This document shows positions 19,622 to 29,810 of a stretch of 64,000 nt of DNA, one piece after another. How positions within the stretch are numbered: the stretch's first letter is position 1; each line of letters starts with the position of its first letter. The notes under the pieces were generated by a model that saw only the letters and a program-made list of their open reading frames with translations, did no database searches and was not told where the DNA came from. The stretch spans positions 1 through 64,000 of IMG/VR virus record IMGVR_UViG_3300043331_000919, one strand, 5' to 3'. A program made the translations under genes and the position numbers. This DNA is from a virus.

Positions 19622-19836
19622 CGATCGCGGTGGCCGAGGCGCTGCGGGTGCTCGGCTACTTCTCCGCGCCGGAGGACGAAGTACCCAGCGAGAACATCTG
19701 GCACCACCCCCAGCGCTTGGAGGAGTGGTTCGAGGCGGTCAAGCAGCGCCGAGAGAACGGGATGCAGCCGGTCGAGGCTGCGGACGACGCGGACATGACC
19801 GGCAACGAGCTGGCACGGGAGCTGAGAGGGGACTGA
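19504..19836 (+). CDS. Tail assembly chaperone, frameshifted C-terminal part (GT)
   Basis: -1 frame reads GKLGRSGEFLRVVGACK...AVAEALRVLGYF...LRGD*. Confidence 0.7.
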   Translation, partial: GKLGRSGEFLRVVGACKAAGGDVTGIFPGGSPLRAPHELTIAVAEALRVLGYFSAPEDEVPSENIWHHPQRLEEWFEAVKQRRENGMQPVEAADDADMTGNELARELRGD

Positions 19837-19837
19837 C

Positions 19838-22800
19838 ATGGCGGGCGATGTGCGCCGGTTCAACGTCATCGTCGGGATGGCGTTCAACCCCGGGGACGCG
19901 GTGCAGCAGGCCGCTCGAACGGCCGACCAGATCACCGACGTGTTCCGGCGCGCCTCGGCCGTCCCGGTCGGCATGTTCGACCGGCAGATGGCGGTCAACT
20001 TCGGCAACGAGCTCCGTGCGCAGGTCCAGCGCGCGGTCGGCGCCGACGTCCGCAACAGCCCGCTGTTCCAGTCGATGCGCCCGGTCGACCAGGCCGCGGT
20101 CCGCAGCACCGCGCCCACCGACACCAGCCGCTACCTCGCCGAGCAGATCGCGCTGACCCGGGCCCACCTCGCACAGGCCGCCACCGAGCGGAAGGCCGCG
20201 AAGCCGCTGGGCAGCGAGGGTGGCTTCGCCAACAAGTACGAGCGCCAGGACGCCCTCCTGGCCTCCACGCAGCGCGTCGAGCAGGCCAACCGACGTCTCG
20301 CCGCCGCTCAGGAGAAGCACGCCGCCCAGGCCGAGCGGCAGGCCACCAGCGAGGCGAACCTCGCCAACCGGCAGATGCAGGCGATGGGTCGCGAGATCAA
20401 CGCGATCCTCGACCGCGAGCGCAACGACCGCCGCATGATGGACCGGGAGTTCAACACCCGGGGGCAGACGATCCTCGCGATGCAGCGCCGCAAGGACGCC
20501 GAGGACGCCGCCACCGCCGCCCTCCAGCGGCAGACCGCGAGCCAGCAGGCCGCCGACCGGGCCGCGGCCGGCTTCGGGACGCCGGGCGTGCCGACCACCG
20601 CGCTCGGCCGCGCGCAGGCCGGCGTCACCTCGGCCGGCATCGCCCTGGAGTCGGCGCAGATGGCGTACGCCCGGGTGCTGCAGTCGGAGACCCGGACCGC
20701 CGAGCAGGTCATGGCCGCCCAGCGCCGCGTCATCAACGCCTCGAACCAGCTCGCCAGCGCTCGCTCCCGGGTCGCCGCACTGGAGTCTGCTGCCACCAGC
20801 CTCGGCTCCGGTGGCAGCGGGTCGTTCCGCGGCGACTTCATGACCGGCTTCCACGGACGCGGCGACCGACCGTACGCCGAGCAGATCGGTCAGGCGTTCA
20901 AGTTCTCGATCTTCTACGGCACCGCCTACAAGCTGCTGTTCGGGATCACGCAGACCTTCCAGGCCACGCTGCAGGAGGGCATCGCCTTCCAGCAGGGCAT
21001 CACCGAGCTCCGGCTCGCCACCGGCCGTTCCGTCGAAGCCGCGGCCGAGCTCGCGAACAAGCTCGGCGAGTCGTCGGCGAACTACGGCTTCGGCCCGTCG
21101 GCGGGCATCGAGATCGGCGCCCGGTCGATCGGGCTGTACGGCGCCACCGGTGCCGACCAGGCGACGCAGGACCGGATCGCCCAGATGAGTGCCGAGACGG
21201 TCTCGAAGATCGCGTTCAACTCCGGCATGCAGGCCTCCGACATCCAGGCGAACGTCGCCGCGATCACGCAGGCGTTCGGCATGGGGGCCGCCGGGCAGTA
21301 CCGCGTCGCGGATCTCGACGCCTACTTCTCCCGGGTCTTCGGTATCGGCACCGGTCAGACGCTGGAGACGGTCGCCCAGGCGGGCACCGTGGGCCGGGCG
21401 GCCGGCTTCTCGCAGGAGGAGGTCTCCGCGATCGCCGCGGACATGATCTCTCGGACCGGCCAGACTCCGGCCGCCGTCGCGGGCTTCATGGCGCAGATCT
21501 TCTCCCGCGGTGGCGAGGGGTCGCTGACCTCGGTGGCCGGGAAGTACGGCATCGACCCGACGCTGACGCTCGCCGACCAGATCGACGCGCTCGCTCGGGT
21601 CTACCAGGAGGCCACGAACCAGGAGCGCGCCGAGATCTCCGCCGCCTTCGGTCGCGGCAAGGTCCAGAACGCCGCCATCGCCCTGCTGCAGGACTACGAG
21701 GCCGTGCGACAGGCATCGCGAGACGCCCGCACCGACGCCACCGGTGCTGCGGACCGTGCCACCCAGATGCGCCTCGGCGACATCGGCGGTCAGCTGCAGG
21801 TCACGCTCGGTTCGATGAAGGAGTTCGCCTCCGTGCTCGGCCAGTCCGGGCTGCTGGAGGTGCTCGGCGTCGGTGTGCTGGTCTTCCGCGAGCTCATCGA
21901 GGGCGCCACCGAGCTGATCCGCCTGTGGAACGAGCTGGACGGACCCCTGAAGGCCGCGGCTGCCGGACTGGTCGCCCTCGCCCTCGCGGCCCGGGGCGGC
22001 GCGCTGACGAGCGTTGCCAGCGGCGCGCTCGGCAACGCCGCGCTGTTCCGCTCGGCTGGCGGCATGTACGCCGGTGGCGTCCCCATCGCGGCCGGCCGGA
22101 TGGGCATCGCGACCGCTGGTGGTGCCGTGGCCCCGCTCGCCTCCCGTGCTGGCCTCGCCGCCGGCGCTGGCGCACTGCTCGGTGCTGGCGGTGGCATCCT
22201 GCCGATCGCAGCCGCCGTCGGCGGGCTGTACGCCGTCGGCGAGCTGGCCGGCTCCTCCCGGCGACTCCGGGAGGCCCAGGAGAGCGCATCCGAGGCACTC
22301 CAGAACAGCGACCTCGCCCCCGGCGCGGGCCCCGACAGCTACCGGACCCGCGCGGCCGAGCTCACCGCCCAGGCCGCAGCCCAGCGCGAGGCCGCCTCCG
22401 GCTGGGCCGCCCGGATCGTCGGTGGCGGCTCCCAGCGCTCTGAGGCGCTCGACATGGCCAGCGCGCTCTCCGAGGAGGCCGCCCGCCTGGAGCGGGTCGC
22501 CCGGCGCGCCGAGCAGCTCTACGTCGAGCCCGAGCGTCCGCTGATCGAGTCGTTCGACGCCGACGGACTCGCCCAGAGCCTCGACCTGATCAGCGCCTCC
22601 GGGGGCACCGCCCGGGAGCGCCTCGACGCGCTGCAGGCCGCCCTGCTCGGGACCGCCGACGCCGCCCGCACCGCTGAGCAGGGCTTCGACCGCCGCCTGT
22701 TCGCGGGCGAGAACGCCCAGGGCGTCTTCGAGGCGATCTCCGGGCAGCAGTACGGCCGCGTCCTGCGCTCCGAGCCGGGCATGAAGGAGATCTTCGGGTC

Positions 22801-24661
22801 GCTGCTCACCTACTCGGGCACCGGGCCGCTGATCGAGGACCGCGAGTACAAGGACATCACCGGCGACCTGATCTCCAAGGCGCTCACCCAGAGCGATGTC
22901 GAGGGTCGCCTGCGCGAGCAGCTGGCCGGCATCACCGACCTCGGCGAGCTCGACCGCGGCAAGATCAACGAGATCGCCCAGCAGGTCGTCGGCGACACCG
23001 CCAACTCGCTCAGCGAGGACGCCATCGGCGAGGGCGGCCTCAGCGCCGAGGACGTGGCCAAGGTGCAGGAGGTCATGATCGGCCGCGTCCGGCGCTACCT
23101 GCTTGGTCAGACCCGCGGCCTCCGCGTGGCGCTCCAGAAGGGCCTGCGACTCACGCAGGCCGAGGGTGACGCTGCGATCGCGGCGCTCATGAACGAGTCC
23201 GCAGCGCTCGTCGACTCACTGCCCGAGACCGACTACTCCGGCCGCGTCGCCGAGGGCCGGCGGCTGATCCGGACCATCCGGGCCACGATCCGGCGCACCG
23301 CGGGCGGGGGCACCCCGCAGATGCTCGCCGCCCTCGCCTCGGCCGAACGCCAGCTCGCCGAGATGGAGTTCAACCGCCTGGAGAACGCCCGCCGCGTCGC
23401 ACAGCAGAACGCGCGTTCGCGCGCCGAGGTAGCGCGGATCGGCCGATCCTTCCTGCGCCGCGAGCTCCGCGCCGCGATCCGCGGAGGCAACCAGGATCTG
23501 CTCGCCCAGATCATCGGACAGGCGGGCAGCGCGGCCCTGCGCATCGCCCGAGAGATGATCCAGGAGGCCATCAACGCCGCCCGGGCCGCCAACCAGATCC
23601 GTCTGGAGATGCTGCAGGTGCAGCGCGAGGCGCAGGGCGCGCTGAGCAACCTCGACTTCGTGCGTGGCGGCCAGGGCCCCGGCCTGCAGCCGACCGTCAC
23701 TCCGGAGAACCAGGGGCTGCTCGACGTCATCAACAACACCCCGACCGCCGGGTCGCGCGAGGATGACGTCTACACCAGCGGTTCCGACGTGCCTGGTTAC
23801 AAGCCCCCGCCGAGCGCGGGCGAGGCGGCAGCGAAGGACAAGGAGACCGCGGCCGAGCGGGCTGCCGCTGCCCAGGCGGCGTACGCCGTGCGGTCGGAGT
23901 CCAGCATCGCTGCGGCTCGTGCCGAGATCTCCGCGGCTCGCGCCGCCATGGCCGAGGCCAAGAAGGGCACCGTCGCCTACTACGACGCGCTCGGGCAGTA
24001 CTTTGCGGCGCGGAACTCGCTGACCGACGCCATCCTGGAGTACCGCAACACCAAGATGATGCTCGGCATCGACATCACCAACCCGCTGGCTACCGCCCGC
24101 GTGGCGCTCCGGGCCGCCGAGCAGCAGCTCCGCTCGAACCGCGGCAAGGGCGAGGACGTGGTCGCGCAGAGCAAGCTCGACGTCCGACAGGCCCAGGCCG
24201 ACCTGGAGGCCCAGAAGTTCCAGCAGCGGCTCGACGCGGTCACGGTCGCCGAGGAGCTCGGCCGCATCTCGCACCGCGCCTACATCAACTACCTGGAGAA
24301 CGAGCGGCGCCGGCTGAACCGGATCAAGGACCGCTCCTACCAGCAGCAGCAGCAGCTCAACCAGATCGACCAGCTGCTGCAGTCGGCCGCCGAGGCGATG
24401 CAGGGGCAGTGGAACTTCGGCGACATCAACCTGCCGACGCCGTACCAGATCCGCCGGCGCGTCGAGGAGATGGGTCAGGCCACCGGGCTCAGCGGCCAGC
24501 AGGGCTGGACGAACTACTGGCAGCAGGGTGGCGCGTCGACCGGCCAGAGCATCACCAACATCAACATCGACGGTGCCGACGTCGGCATGGTGAAGAAGAT
24601 CCTGCGCGAGGTGGTGGGCGAGTACGCCCGCACCACCGGCTCGCGGCCCAGGCACAGGTAG
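19838..24661 (+). CDS. Tape measure protein
   Basis: 1607 aa, Ala-rich helical with central hydrophobic segments; follows the chaperones. Confidence 0.9.
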   Translation: MAGDVRRFNVIVGMAFNPGDAVQQAARTADQITDVFRRASAVPVGMFDRQMAVNFGNELRAQVQRAVGADVRNSPLFQSMRPVDQAAVRSTAPTDTSRYLAEQIALTRAHLAQAATERKAAKPLGSEGGFANKYERQDALLASTQRVEQANRRLAAAQEKHAAQAERQATSEANLANRQMQAMGREINAILDRERNDRRMMDREFNTRGQTILAMQRRKDAEDAATAALQRQTASQQAADRAAAGFGTPGVPTTALGRAQAGVTSAGIALESAQMAYARVLQSETRTAEQVMAAQRRVINASNQLASARSRVAALESAATSLGSGGSGSFRGDFMTGFHGRGDRPYAEQIGQAFKFSIFYGTAYKLLFGITQTFQATLQEGIAFQQGITELRLATGRSVEAAAELANKLGESSANYGFGPSAGIEIGARSIGLYGATGADQATQDRIAQMSAETVSKIAFNSGMQASDIQANVAAITQAFGMGAAGQYRVADLDAYFSRVFGIGTGQTLETVAQAGTVGRAAGFSQEEVSAIAADMISRTGQTPAAVAGFMAQIFSRGGEGSLTSVAGKYGIDPTLTLADQIDALARVYQEATNQERAEISAAFGRGKVQNAAIALLQDYEAVRQASRDARTDATGAADRATQMRLGDIGGQLQVTLGSMKEFASVLGQSGLLEVLGVGVLVFRELIEGATELIRLWNELDGPLKAAAAGLVALALAARGGALTSVASGALGNAALFRSAGGMYAGGVPIAAGRMGIATAGGAVAPLASRAGLAAGAGALLGAGGGILPIAAAVGGLYAVGELAGSSRRLREAQESASEALQNSDLAPGAGPDSYRTRAAELTAQAAAQREAASGWAARIVGGGSQRSEALDMASALSEEAARLERVARRAEQLYVEPERPLIESFDADGLAQSLDLISASGGTARERLDALQAALLGTADAARTAEQGFDRRLFAGENAQGVFEAISGQQYGRVLRSEPGMKEIFGSLLTYSGTGPLIEDREYKDITGDLISKALTQSDVEGRLREQLAGITDLGELDRGKINEIAQQVVGDTANSLSEDAIGEGGLSAEDVAKVQEVMIGRVRRYLLGQTRGLRVALQKGLRLTQAEGDAAIAALMNESAALVDSLPETDYSGRVAEGRRLIRTIRATIRRTAGGGTPQMLAALASAERQLAEMEFNRLENARRVAQQNARSRAEVARIGRSFLRRELRAAIRGGNQDLLAQIIGQAGSAALRIAREMIQEAINAARAANQIRLEMLQVQREAQGALSNLDFVRGGQGPGLQPTVTPENQGLLDVINNTPTAGSREDDVYTSGSDVPGYKPPPSAGEAAAKDKETAAERAAAAQAAYAVRSESSIAAARAEISAARAAMAEAKKGTVAYYDALGQYFAARNSLTDAILEYRNTKMMLGIDITNPLATARVALRAAEQQLRSNRGKGEDVVAQSKLDVRQAQADLEAQKFQQRLDAVTVAEELGRISHRAYINYLENERRRLNRIKDRSYQQQQQLNQIDQLLQSAAEAMQGQWNFGDINLPTPYQIRRRVEEMGQATGLSGQQGWTNYWQQGGASTGQSITNINIDGADVGMVKKILREVVGEYARTTGSRPRHR

Positions 24662-24670
24662 GAGGTAGCG

Positions 24671-25093
24671 ATGGGTGTCTACGGTTCATGGGTCGCCCAG
24701 GCCCTGGGGGACTATCTGTCCGGGAAGACGGTGAAGGCGCTGCTGGTCGACGAGACCTTCACCTTCGAGCCAGATCATCAGTTTCGTTCTTCGATCTTCA
24801 CGGAGGTGTCCGGCTCGGGCTACACCCCTGGCGGGGTCGGGGTCACTGGAGTGGTGGTCACCTACGACGCCATGAGCGACCGGGTCGTACTCAACTGCGA
24901 CGACGTGACGTTCGGACTCGCCGACATCCCGCTCGTTGGCGGGATCGTCTTCTACGTCTCCACCGGCGTGGCTTCGGCGGACCCACTCCTTGCGGTGGAC
25001 ACCTTCGCCCCGGTCGAGGTGACTAGCGCAGCCAACCTGGTCTACACCGTGGCCACCGGGGGGCTTGTCGCCGCAACTCTCGGGACGCCCTGA
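24671..25093 (+). CDS. Minor tail protein
   Basis: KALLVD...EVSGSGYTPGG motif common in phage tail proteins. Confidence 0.65.
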   Translation: MGVYGSWVAQALGDYLSGKTVKALLVDETFTFEPDHQFRSSIFTEVSGSGYTPGGVGVTGVVVTYDAMSDRVVLNCDDVTFGLADIPLVGGIVFYVSTGVASADPLLAVDTFAPVEVTSAANLVYTVATGGLVAATLGTP

Positions 25094-25914
25094 TGACCGT
25101 CGTAGCAGGTGAGACTCAGTCGATCCCCTTCGTCGTGGGCGAGGGTGATCTGGGTGTTACGCCGGCCATCTACGTCAACGTGTTGGACCCCACCATCGAG
25201 CGCGCCCCCGCGTCGCTGCGGGTCGACGTCGCTGCAGCCACTCCGCTCGGCGAGGTGATCTTCGAGGTGGATGGAGTCGAGGTGTGGCGCGCAACCGCGG
25301 ACGTTGACGGAGAGCTGCCCCGGGTGCCCGTGCCGATCAGCCGCGTTGCAGCGCCTGCGGCCGGCACGTACACGCTGACCGTCACCGACGCGACAACGGG
25401 CGTTGGGAGTGGCACCTTCGTCGCTCTCAGGGCTCCCGCCGCGCTGCCCGCGGCGTTGCCTGCGGACGTCAGTCCGATGATCGTGCCGAACTCGACGGGG
25501 CGCTGGGTGCTGCAGGATCTCGCCCCCGGCGGCCTTGGCTCCTGGGTGATGCCAGTGAATCCACAGTCGATGACCTCGCCACACTTCGAGCGGGTGGTGC
25601 AGTTCGACCACACGACCGCTGTCGACACCGGCCAGGCGCACGTCAGCGAGGGGGCGGTCGAGGCTCGCGCGTGGCGACTTGCGGGCTACTACCCGGACGA
25701 GAGCTACCACGACCAGCTCGCCGCCTATGCGGGGTTGAAGCGACGCTTCTACGTCATCGACCACCGAGGGCGAGCCTGGAAGGTCGCCGCGCGCGCCCTC
25801 AGCGCCCTCCCACGGAAGCGACAGAGGGACGAAGTCAGTCAGGACAACGACTGGGCCGGAGCCTGGCAGCTGGAGCTCGTGATCTACGACCAGATCCCGG
25901 AGGTGCCGGTGTGA
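25093..25914 (+). CDS. Minor tail protein (Ig-like N-terminus plus distal-tail-like domain)
   Basis: Synteny; GTYTLTVTD Ig-like motif; WVMPVNP motif shared with the next gene. Confidence 0.55.
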   Translation: MTVVAGETQSIPFVVGEGDLGVTPAIYVNVLDPTIERAPASLRVDVAAATPLGEVIFEVDGVEVWRATADVDGELPRVPVPISRVAAPAAGTYTLTVTDATTGVGSGTFVALRAPAALPAALPADVSPMIVPNSTGRWVLQDLAPGGLGSWVMPVNPQSMTSPHFERVVQFDHTTAVDTGQAHVSEGAVEARAWRLAGYYPDESYHDQLAAYAGLKRRFYVIDHRGRAWKVAARALSALPRKRQRDEVSQDNDWAGAWQLELVIYDQIPEVPV

Positions 25915-26300
25915 CCACGCAGCGATGGGTGCTTCACGACCCCGTGGCCGACGAGACCTGGACCATGCCGATCAACCCCGACAGCGTTACCGACCTCAAC
26001 CTCCTTGCGCGCTCGATGCAGTTCGCTCGGGGGGCGCGCGACCAGCGGGTCCGCACGTTCGTGGGCAAGCCCGGCGAGAAGCCGTACAACTGGGGCGGTG
26101 TCATCCGCACTCAGGCGCACTACGACCAGCTGGTCGCCTGGGCGGAGAAGACCAATCCGATCGAGGTCACTGATCACCTGAGCCGAACGATGCGGGTCTT
26201 CGTCGTCGCGTTCGAGCCTGCCGACCGGCCCCCGACCAAGCTCCTGAACTGGCGACTGCGCTACACGATGAAGACGATCCTGCTGGGAGGGCTGACATGA
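25911..26300 (+). CDS. Minor tail protein (distal-tail-like)
   Basis: WTMPINP motif; GTGA overlap. Confidence 0.55.
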   Translation: MTTQRWVLHDPVADETWTMPINPDSVTDLNLLARSMQFARGARDQRVRTFVGKPGEKPYNWGGVIRTQAHYDQLVAWAEKTNPIEVTDHLSRTMRVFVVAFEPADRPPTKLLNWRLRYTMKTILLGGLT

Positions 26301-28504
26301 GGGTGATCACGCCGGAGACCGACGAGGCATGGCGTAGCGAAGTCAAGGCCGGCCCGACTCGACCGGTCGTCCGGGCTACCGTGCAGAAGGCTCACATGCG
26401 GACCTATCCCTACAACACGGAGAACGCGCCGGGCGCGGACTACGACCACGAGCGGCCTCGGCGTGGGCACTTCGCAAACCTGCTGTTCGGCGGCGAGGAG
26501 GCCATCCGGGAGATCCGCGGCCTGCGTCGCTGCAGCTGGAGCCGCTCGGTGGACCAGGATGTTGCCGAGTGCACGCTGACCGTACTTAATAGCGAGCTGG
26601 TCTCGATCGGCGATCTGGACGAGTCTGACGACTTCGAGTTGCCTGGCTACTTCACCTTCTCCCGCGGCACTACGCTGCCCTCGGAGAACCGCTGGGGGTT
26701 CACCTCCGAGACCGGCTGGAATGACGTCCTCGCCCCGGATCGACTGGTCCGGACGTACGAGGGCTACGGCAGCGACATGGACGTGGCGCCGGGCGACGAC
26801 CCGAACCTCTACATCAGTGGCACCTGGCTGATCGACGAGGTGTCGTATGCCAGCAACGGCGACATCGAGATCCAGATGCGTGACCTGGGCCGACTGCTGG
26901 TGGACGCGATTGCCTTCCCTCCGATCGTGCCTCGCGACGATTATCCGATGACGTGGTCTCGGATTCGCACCGAACAGGTCGAGGGTCGAGATGCCACCGG
27001 CGGCGACTGGGGCGTGCCCAAGTCCACCGTGCAGACGTCGAACGACTACTACGTGGGTGCCGGCATTCAGGACACCCCGAAGTACGTGCAGGCGAGCGGC
27101 GTCGTCATGGGCCACAAGCCGAGGGATCCACTTCGTGATGACGAGGAGGATGAGCGCAAGTACTGGCTCAGCACCGGCCAGGAGTCCCCGGACAGCATGG
27201 TCTGGTGGCAGCAGACTTTCGACAACCCCGAGGGACTCGCGGCGATCCGGTTCCGCACCTCGGGCGGTCCGTTCAAGGTCTATGTCTCGGTACAGCGGGA
27301 CGACGGGAAGTGGTACGGCAAGAAGAAGATCCCCTACAAGGTGACCACCGAGGGCATCGACATCGAGGCCAAGATCCCCTTCGTGCAGAGCCTCACTGCC
27401 GAGCGCGGCCGACTGTTCGACCTGGTGCTGCGGCGGAAGTACGCCAACGTCAAGCGGATCCGCCTCACTTTCACGCACCTTCGTCGGATGTGGCCGGGCG
27501 GCACCTACCGGTGGCGTGCCGGGTTGCACCGCGTCCGGGTCTACACCGGCCCATTCAACGCTCTCGACTTCGCACCCGGCACCAAGCTGAAGGCGGTCGG
27601 CAACTACCGCGACTTCAGCGACATCGTGAGGTGGTGTGCCGCCTGGGCTGGCTTCTGGTGGCCCGAGTCGAACAGCATCGACTGGATGCGCTTCTCCACC
27701 GACGGACCCAAGGAGCACTACACCTACCCGATCAACGACGCGGCGTTGCCGCGGGGACGCGTGTGGGGCACCTTCCAGAACACCGGCACCGGTGGTGAGG
27801 CGGACCTTACGGCTGAACAGTTCGACAAGCAGCCGCTGCTGAGCATGATCCAGCACGTCAAGGACATCGTCGGCTTCAACTTCTGGATCGACGAGGCTGG
27901 CGGCGTTGTGTGGCGCATGCCCAACCTTTACGAGGCCGGGAACTATGTCACTCGGGACCACAAGAGTTCGCGGTTCCAGCCGCCGCGTACCACTGACTTT
28001 GTCACTATCGACGAGGAGGAGACGCTCCTCGACTACTCGACCCGAGTGTCCAGCCGCAACCTGCGCGAGCGCATCTTCGTCTCGGACGCGATGGGCAAGC
28101 ATGGCGCCGTCGTGAAGGGCTACACCCCGTACAGAACTGGCCTGCGCCGCATCGCCGGCTGGTCGGACCAGCACTTCCGCGGCAACCGGGAGTGTCGCGT
28201 GGCTGCCGACATGATCGCCGCCCGGCAGATGTTCGACTTCCGGCGCTCCCGGGTCTCCATCTGGGGGAACCCCGCGATCCAGGTTGACGACCAGATCAGG
28301 ATCTTCGAGCGCGTCACCAATGAGACGTACTTCCACTACGTGCTGGGCGTCTCCTCCGATCTCGACATGGATCAGGGCACCTGGTCGTACGCCCTGGAGA
28401 CGCATTGGCTGGGCGAGCGCCGCTCCGACGCCTGGGTGATCGACCCTGAGGTGCTCGACGGGGCCACGCAGAGCTACTTGAACCTGTTGGGGTCGGTGGA
28501 CTGA
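26297..28504 (+). CDS. Minor tail / baseplate hub protein
   Basis: 735 aa; C-terminal GNPAIQVDDQIRI hub motif. Confidence 0.65.
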   Translation: MRVITPETDEAWRSEVKAGPTRPVVRATVQKAHMRTYPYNTENAPGADYDHERPRRGHFANLLFGGEEAIREIRGLRRCSWSRSVDQDVAECTLTVLNSELVSIGDLDESDDFELPGYFTFSRGTTLPSENRWGFTSETGWNDVLAPDRLVRTYEGYGSDMDVAPGDDPNLYISGTWLIDEVSYASNGDIEIQMRDLGRLLVDAIAFPPIVPRDDYPMTWSRIRTEQVEGRDATGGDWGVPKSTVQTSNDYYVGAGIQDTPKYVQASGVVMGHKPRDPLRDDEEDERKYWLSTGQESPDSMVWWQQTFDNPEGLAAIRFRTSGGPFKVYVSVQRDDGKWYGKKKIPYKVTTEGIDIEAKIPFVQSLTAERGRLFDLVLRRKYANVKRIRLTFTHLRRMWPGGTYRWRAGLHRVRVYTGPFNALDFAPGTKLKAVGNYRDFSDIVRWCAAWAGFWWPESNSIDWMRFSTDGPKEHYTYPINDAALPRGRVWGTFQNTGTGGEADLTAEQFDKQPLLSMIQHVKDIVGFNFWIDEAGGVVWRMPNLYEAGNYVTRDHKSSRFQPPRTTDFVTIDEEETLLDYSTRVSSRNLRERIFVSDAMGKHGAVVKGYTPYRTGLRRIAGWSDQHFRGNRECRVAADMIAARQMFDFRRSRVSIWGNPAIQVDDQIRIFERVTNETYFHYVLGVSSDLDMDQGTWSYALETHWLGERRSDAWVIDPEVLDGATQSYLNLLGSVD

Positions 28505-28935
28505 TGGAGTTCAACGCGCTGCAGCGCCGCGAGGAGGAGCTCGCTCGTCACCGAGAGAACGCCGGGCGACTGGCGGTCTGCCAGAAGGAGTGGGTCACGA
28601 CCGGCCAGGGCGTCGTCGAGGTGGAAGATCGCTTCGACTTCGGCCTGATCTTCGTCGATAAGCCGTTCCCCTCCTTCGGTTGCGAGATCGACCCTGACGA
28701 TGTTCGCGATGTGCTCGCCCTGGAGCCTGACGTCACGCCGCCGGTGCTCCCGCAGGTCACGGTCTACGTCAGCGAGTGGGACCGGGACGAACGAGGTCAC
28801 TATGTCGGCTGCTGGGTCAGTATTGCCGTGCTCTACCCCGCGCCGATCCCGGTCGATGCGCAAATCGCAGTGCGACACGGCCTCCAGCTGCAGGGTCTCG
28901 CACTGAAGGAGATCCCGGTCCACGAGGACGACTGA
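28504..28935 (+). CDS. Hypothetical (minor tail) protein
   Basis: TGATG overlap with the hub gene. Confidence 0.55.
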   Translation: MEFNALQRREEELARHRENAGRLAVCQKEWVTTGQGVVEVEDRFDFGLIFVDKPFPSFGCEIDPDDVRDVLALEPDVTPPVLPQVTVYVSEWDRDERGHYVGCWVSIAVLYPAPIPVDAQIAVRHGLQLQGLALKEIPVHEDD

Positions 28936-28977
28936 GCCGAAGTACACCGGTGAGAGCCGTCGCCAGGGGAGGTGGAC

Positions 28978-29439
28978 ATGAGACTGGATCGCACCCACGT
29001 CACTCGGGCTTCGCGAGTGATGCTGCCGACGTACGTCGTCTTCAGCATCGCCCTCGGAGAAGCGTGGATCCTGCAGGACCCCTCGCGCCACTCCTACGCC
29101 CTGCAGCAGCTCGACCAGGTGTGGCCCCTCGCGGGAACGGGCGTTCTACTCATCGCGCTGGGGTCCTGGCTGGCATGCGGCCTCCTGGTCCACTCTCGCG
29201 TCGTCGCCGCCACCGCGCTGGCGACCGGGGCCGTGGCCTACTTCCTGCTCGGCGTCATCTTCGTCTACGACGCCGGCTACCAGCCGACCGACACCTTCCC
29301 CTTCTTCCGTGCGGGCGTTCCCGAGGCGTCACTCTCCGCGCCGTTCTGGCCATGGTTCGTCATGGTCGCCCATCTCGCCAGCCTGCTCTCCCTCACTCGG
29401 GACGAGGTCGGCGACTTCCGCGAGAGGAGCCGGCGATGA
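28978..29439 (+). CDS. Membrane protein (about 4 TM)
   Basis: Several hydrophobic segments; GGAGGTG RBS. Confidence 0.6.
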   Translation: MRLDRTHVTRASRVMLPTYVVFSIALGEAWILQDPSRHSYALQQLDQVWPLAGTGVLLIALGSWLACGLLVHSRVVAATALATGAVAYFLLGVIFVYDAGYQPTDTFPFFRAGVPEASLSAPFWPWFVMVAHLASLLSLTRDEVGDFRERSRR

Positions 29440-29810
29440 TCTCGCAGGCCATCGACCTCAGCCCCCTCCAGGCCGCGATCGCAGTGATCCTCGGCCTGGC
29501 CACGCTTGCCACCATCGGGGGTGGCTTGTACGCCGTCTTCCGCTCGGCCGCGCAGGACTCCCGCATCAAGCGGCTGCAGGACGAGCGAGACGACTACCTG
29601 TCGAGGCTCAACTACGTCGAGCCTCGACTCGTCAGGGCCGAGGAGCAGAATGAGATGCTTCGCGAGCTGCACAATCCCACGCAACACCTCGTGGATCTGA
29701 AGGGGCAGGAGCAGCGCAACCACGACGAGATCGTCAAGATCCTTGACGACCAGACGCGCACGCTCCGTGACGCCATCAGCCACAGCCACCCTCCCGATAG
29801 GACGAGCTGA
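29436..29810 (+). CDS. Membrane protein with coiled coil (lysis accessory?)
   Basis: N-terminal TM then coiled coil; ATGA overlap. Confidence 0.6.
   Translation: MISQAIDLSPLQAAIAVILGLATLATIGGGLYAVFRSAAQDSRIKRLQDERDDYLSRLNYVEPRLVRAEEQNEMLRELHNPTQHLVDLKGQEQRNHDEIVKILDDQTRTLRDAISHSHPPDRTS

Noticed and set aside
19700-19740. QRLEEWFEA in the tail chaperone (and ARRWLEA near 33350) as tag copies
   Set aside because: They lack the upstream D/S-D-R-E cap and lie within ordinary domains; not counted.
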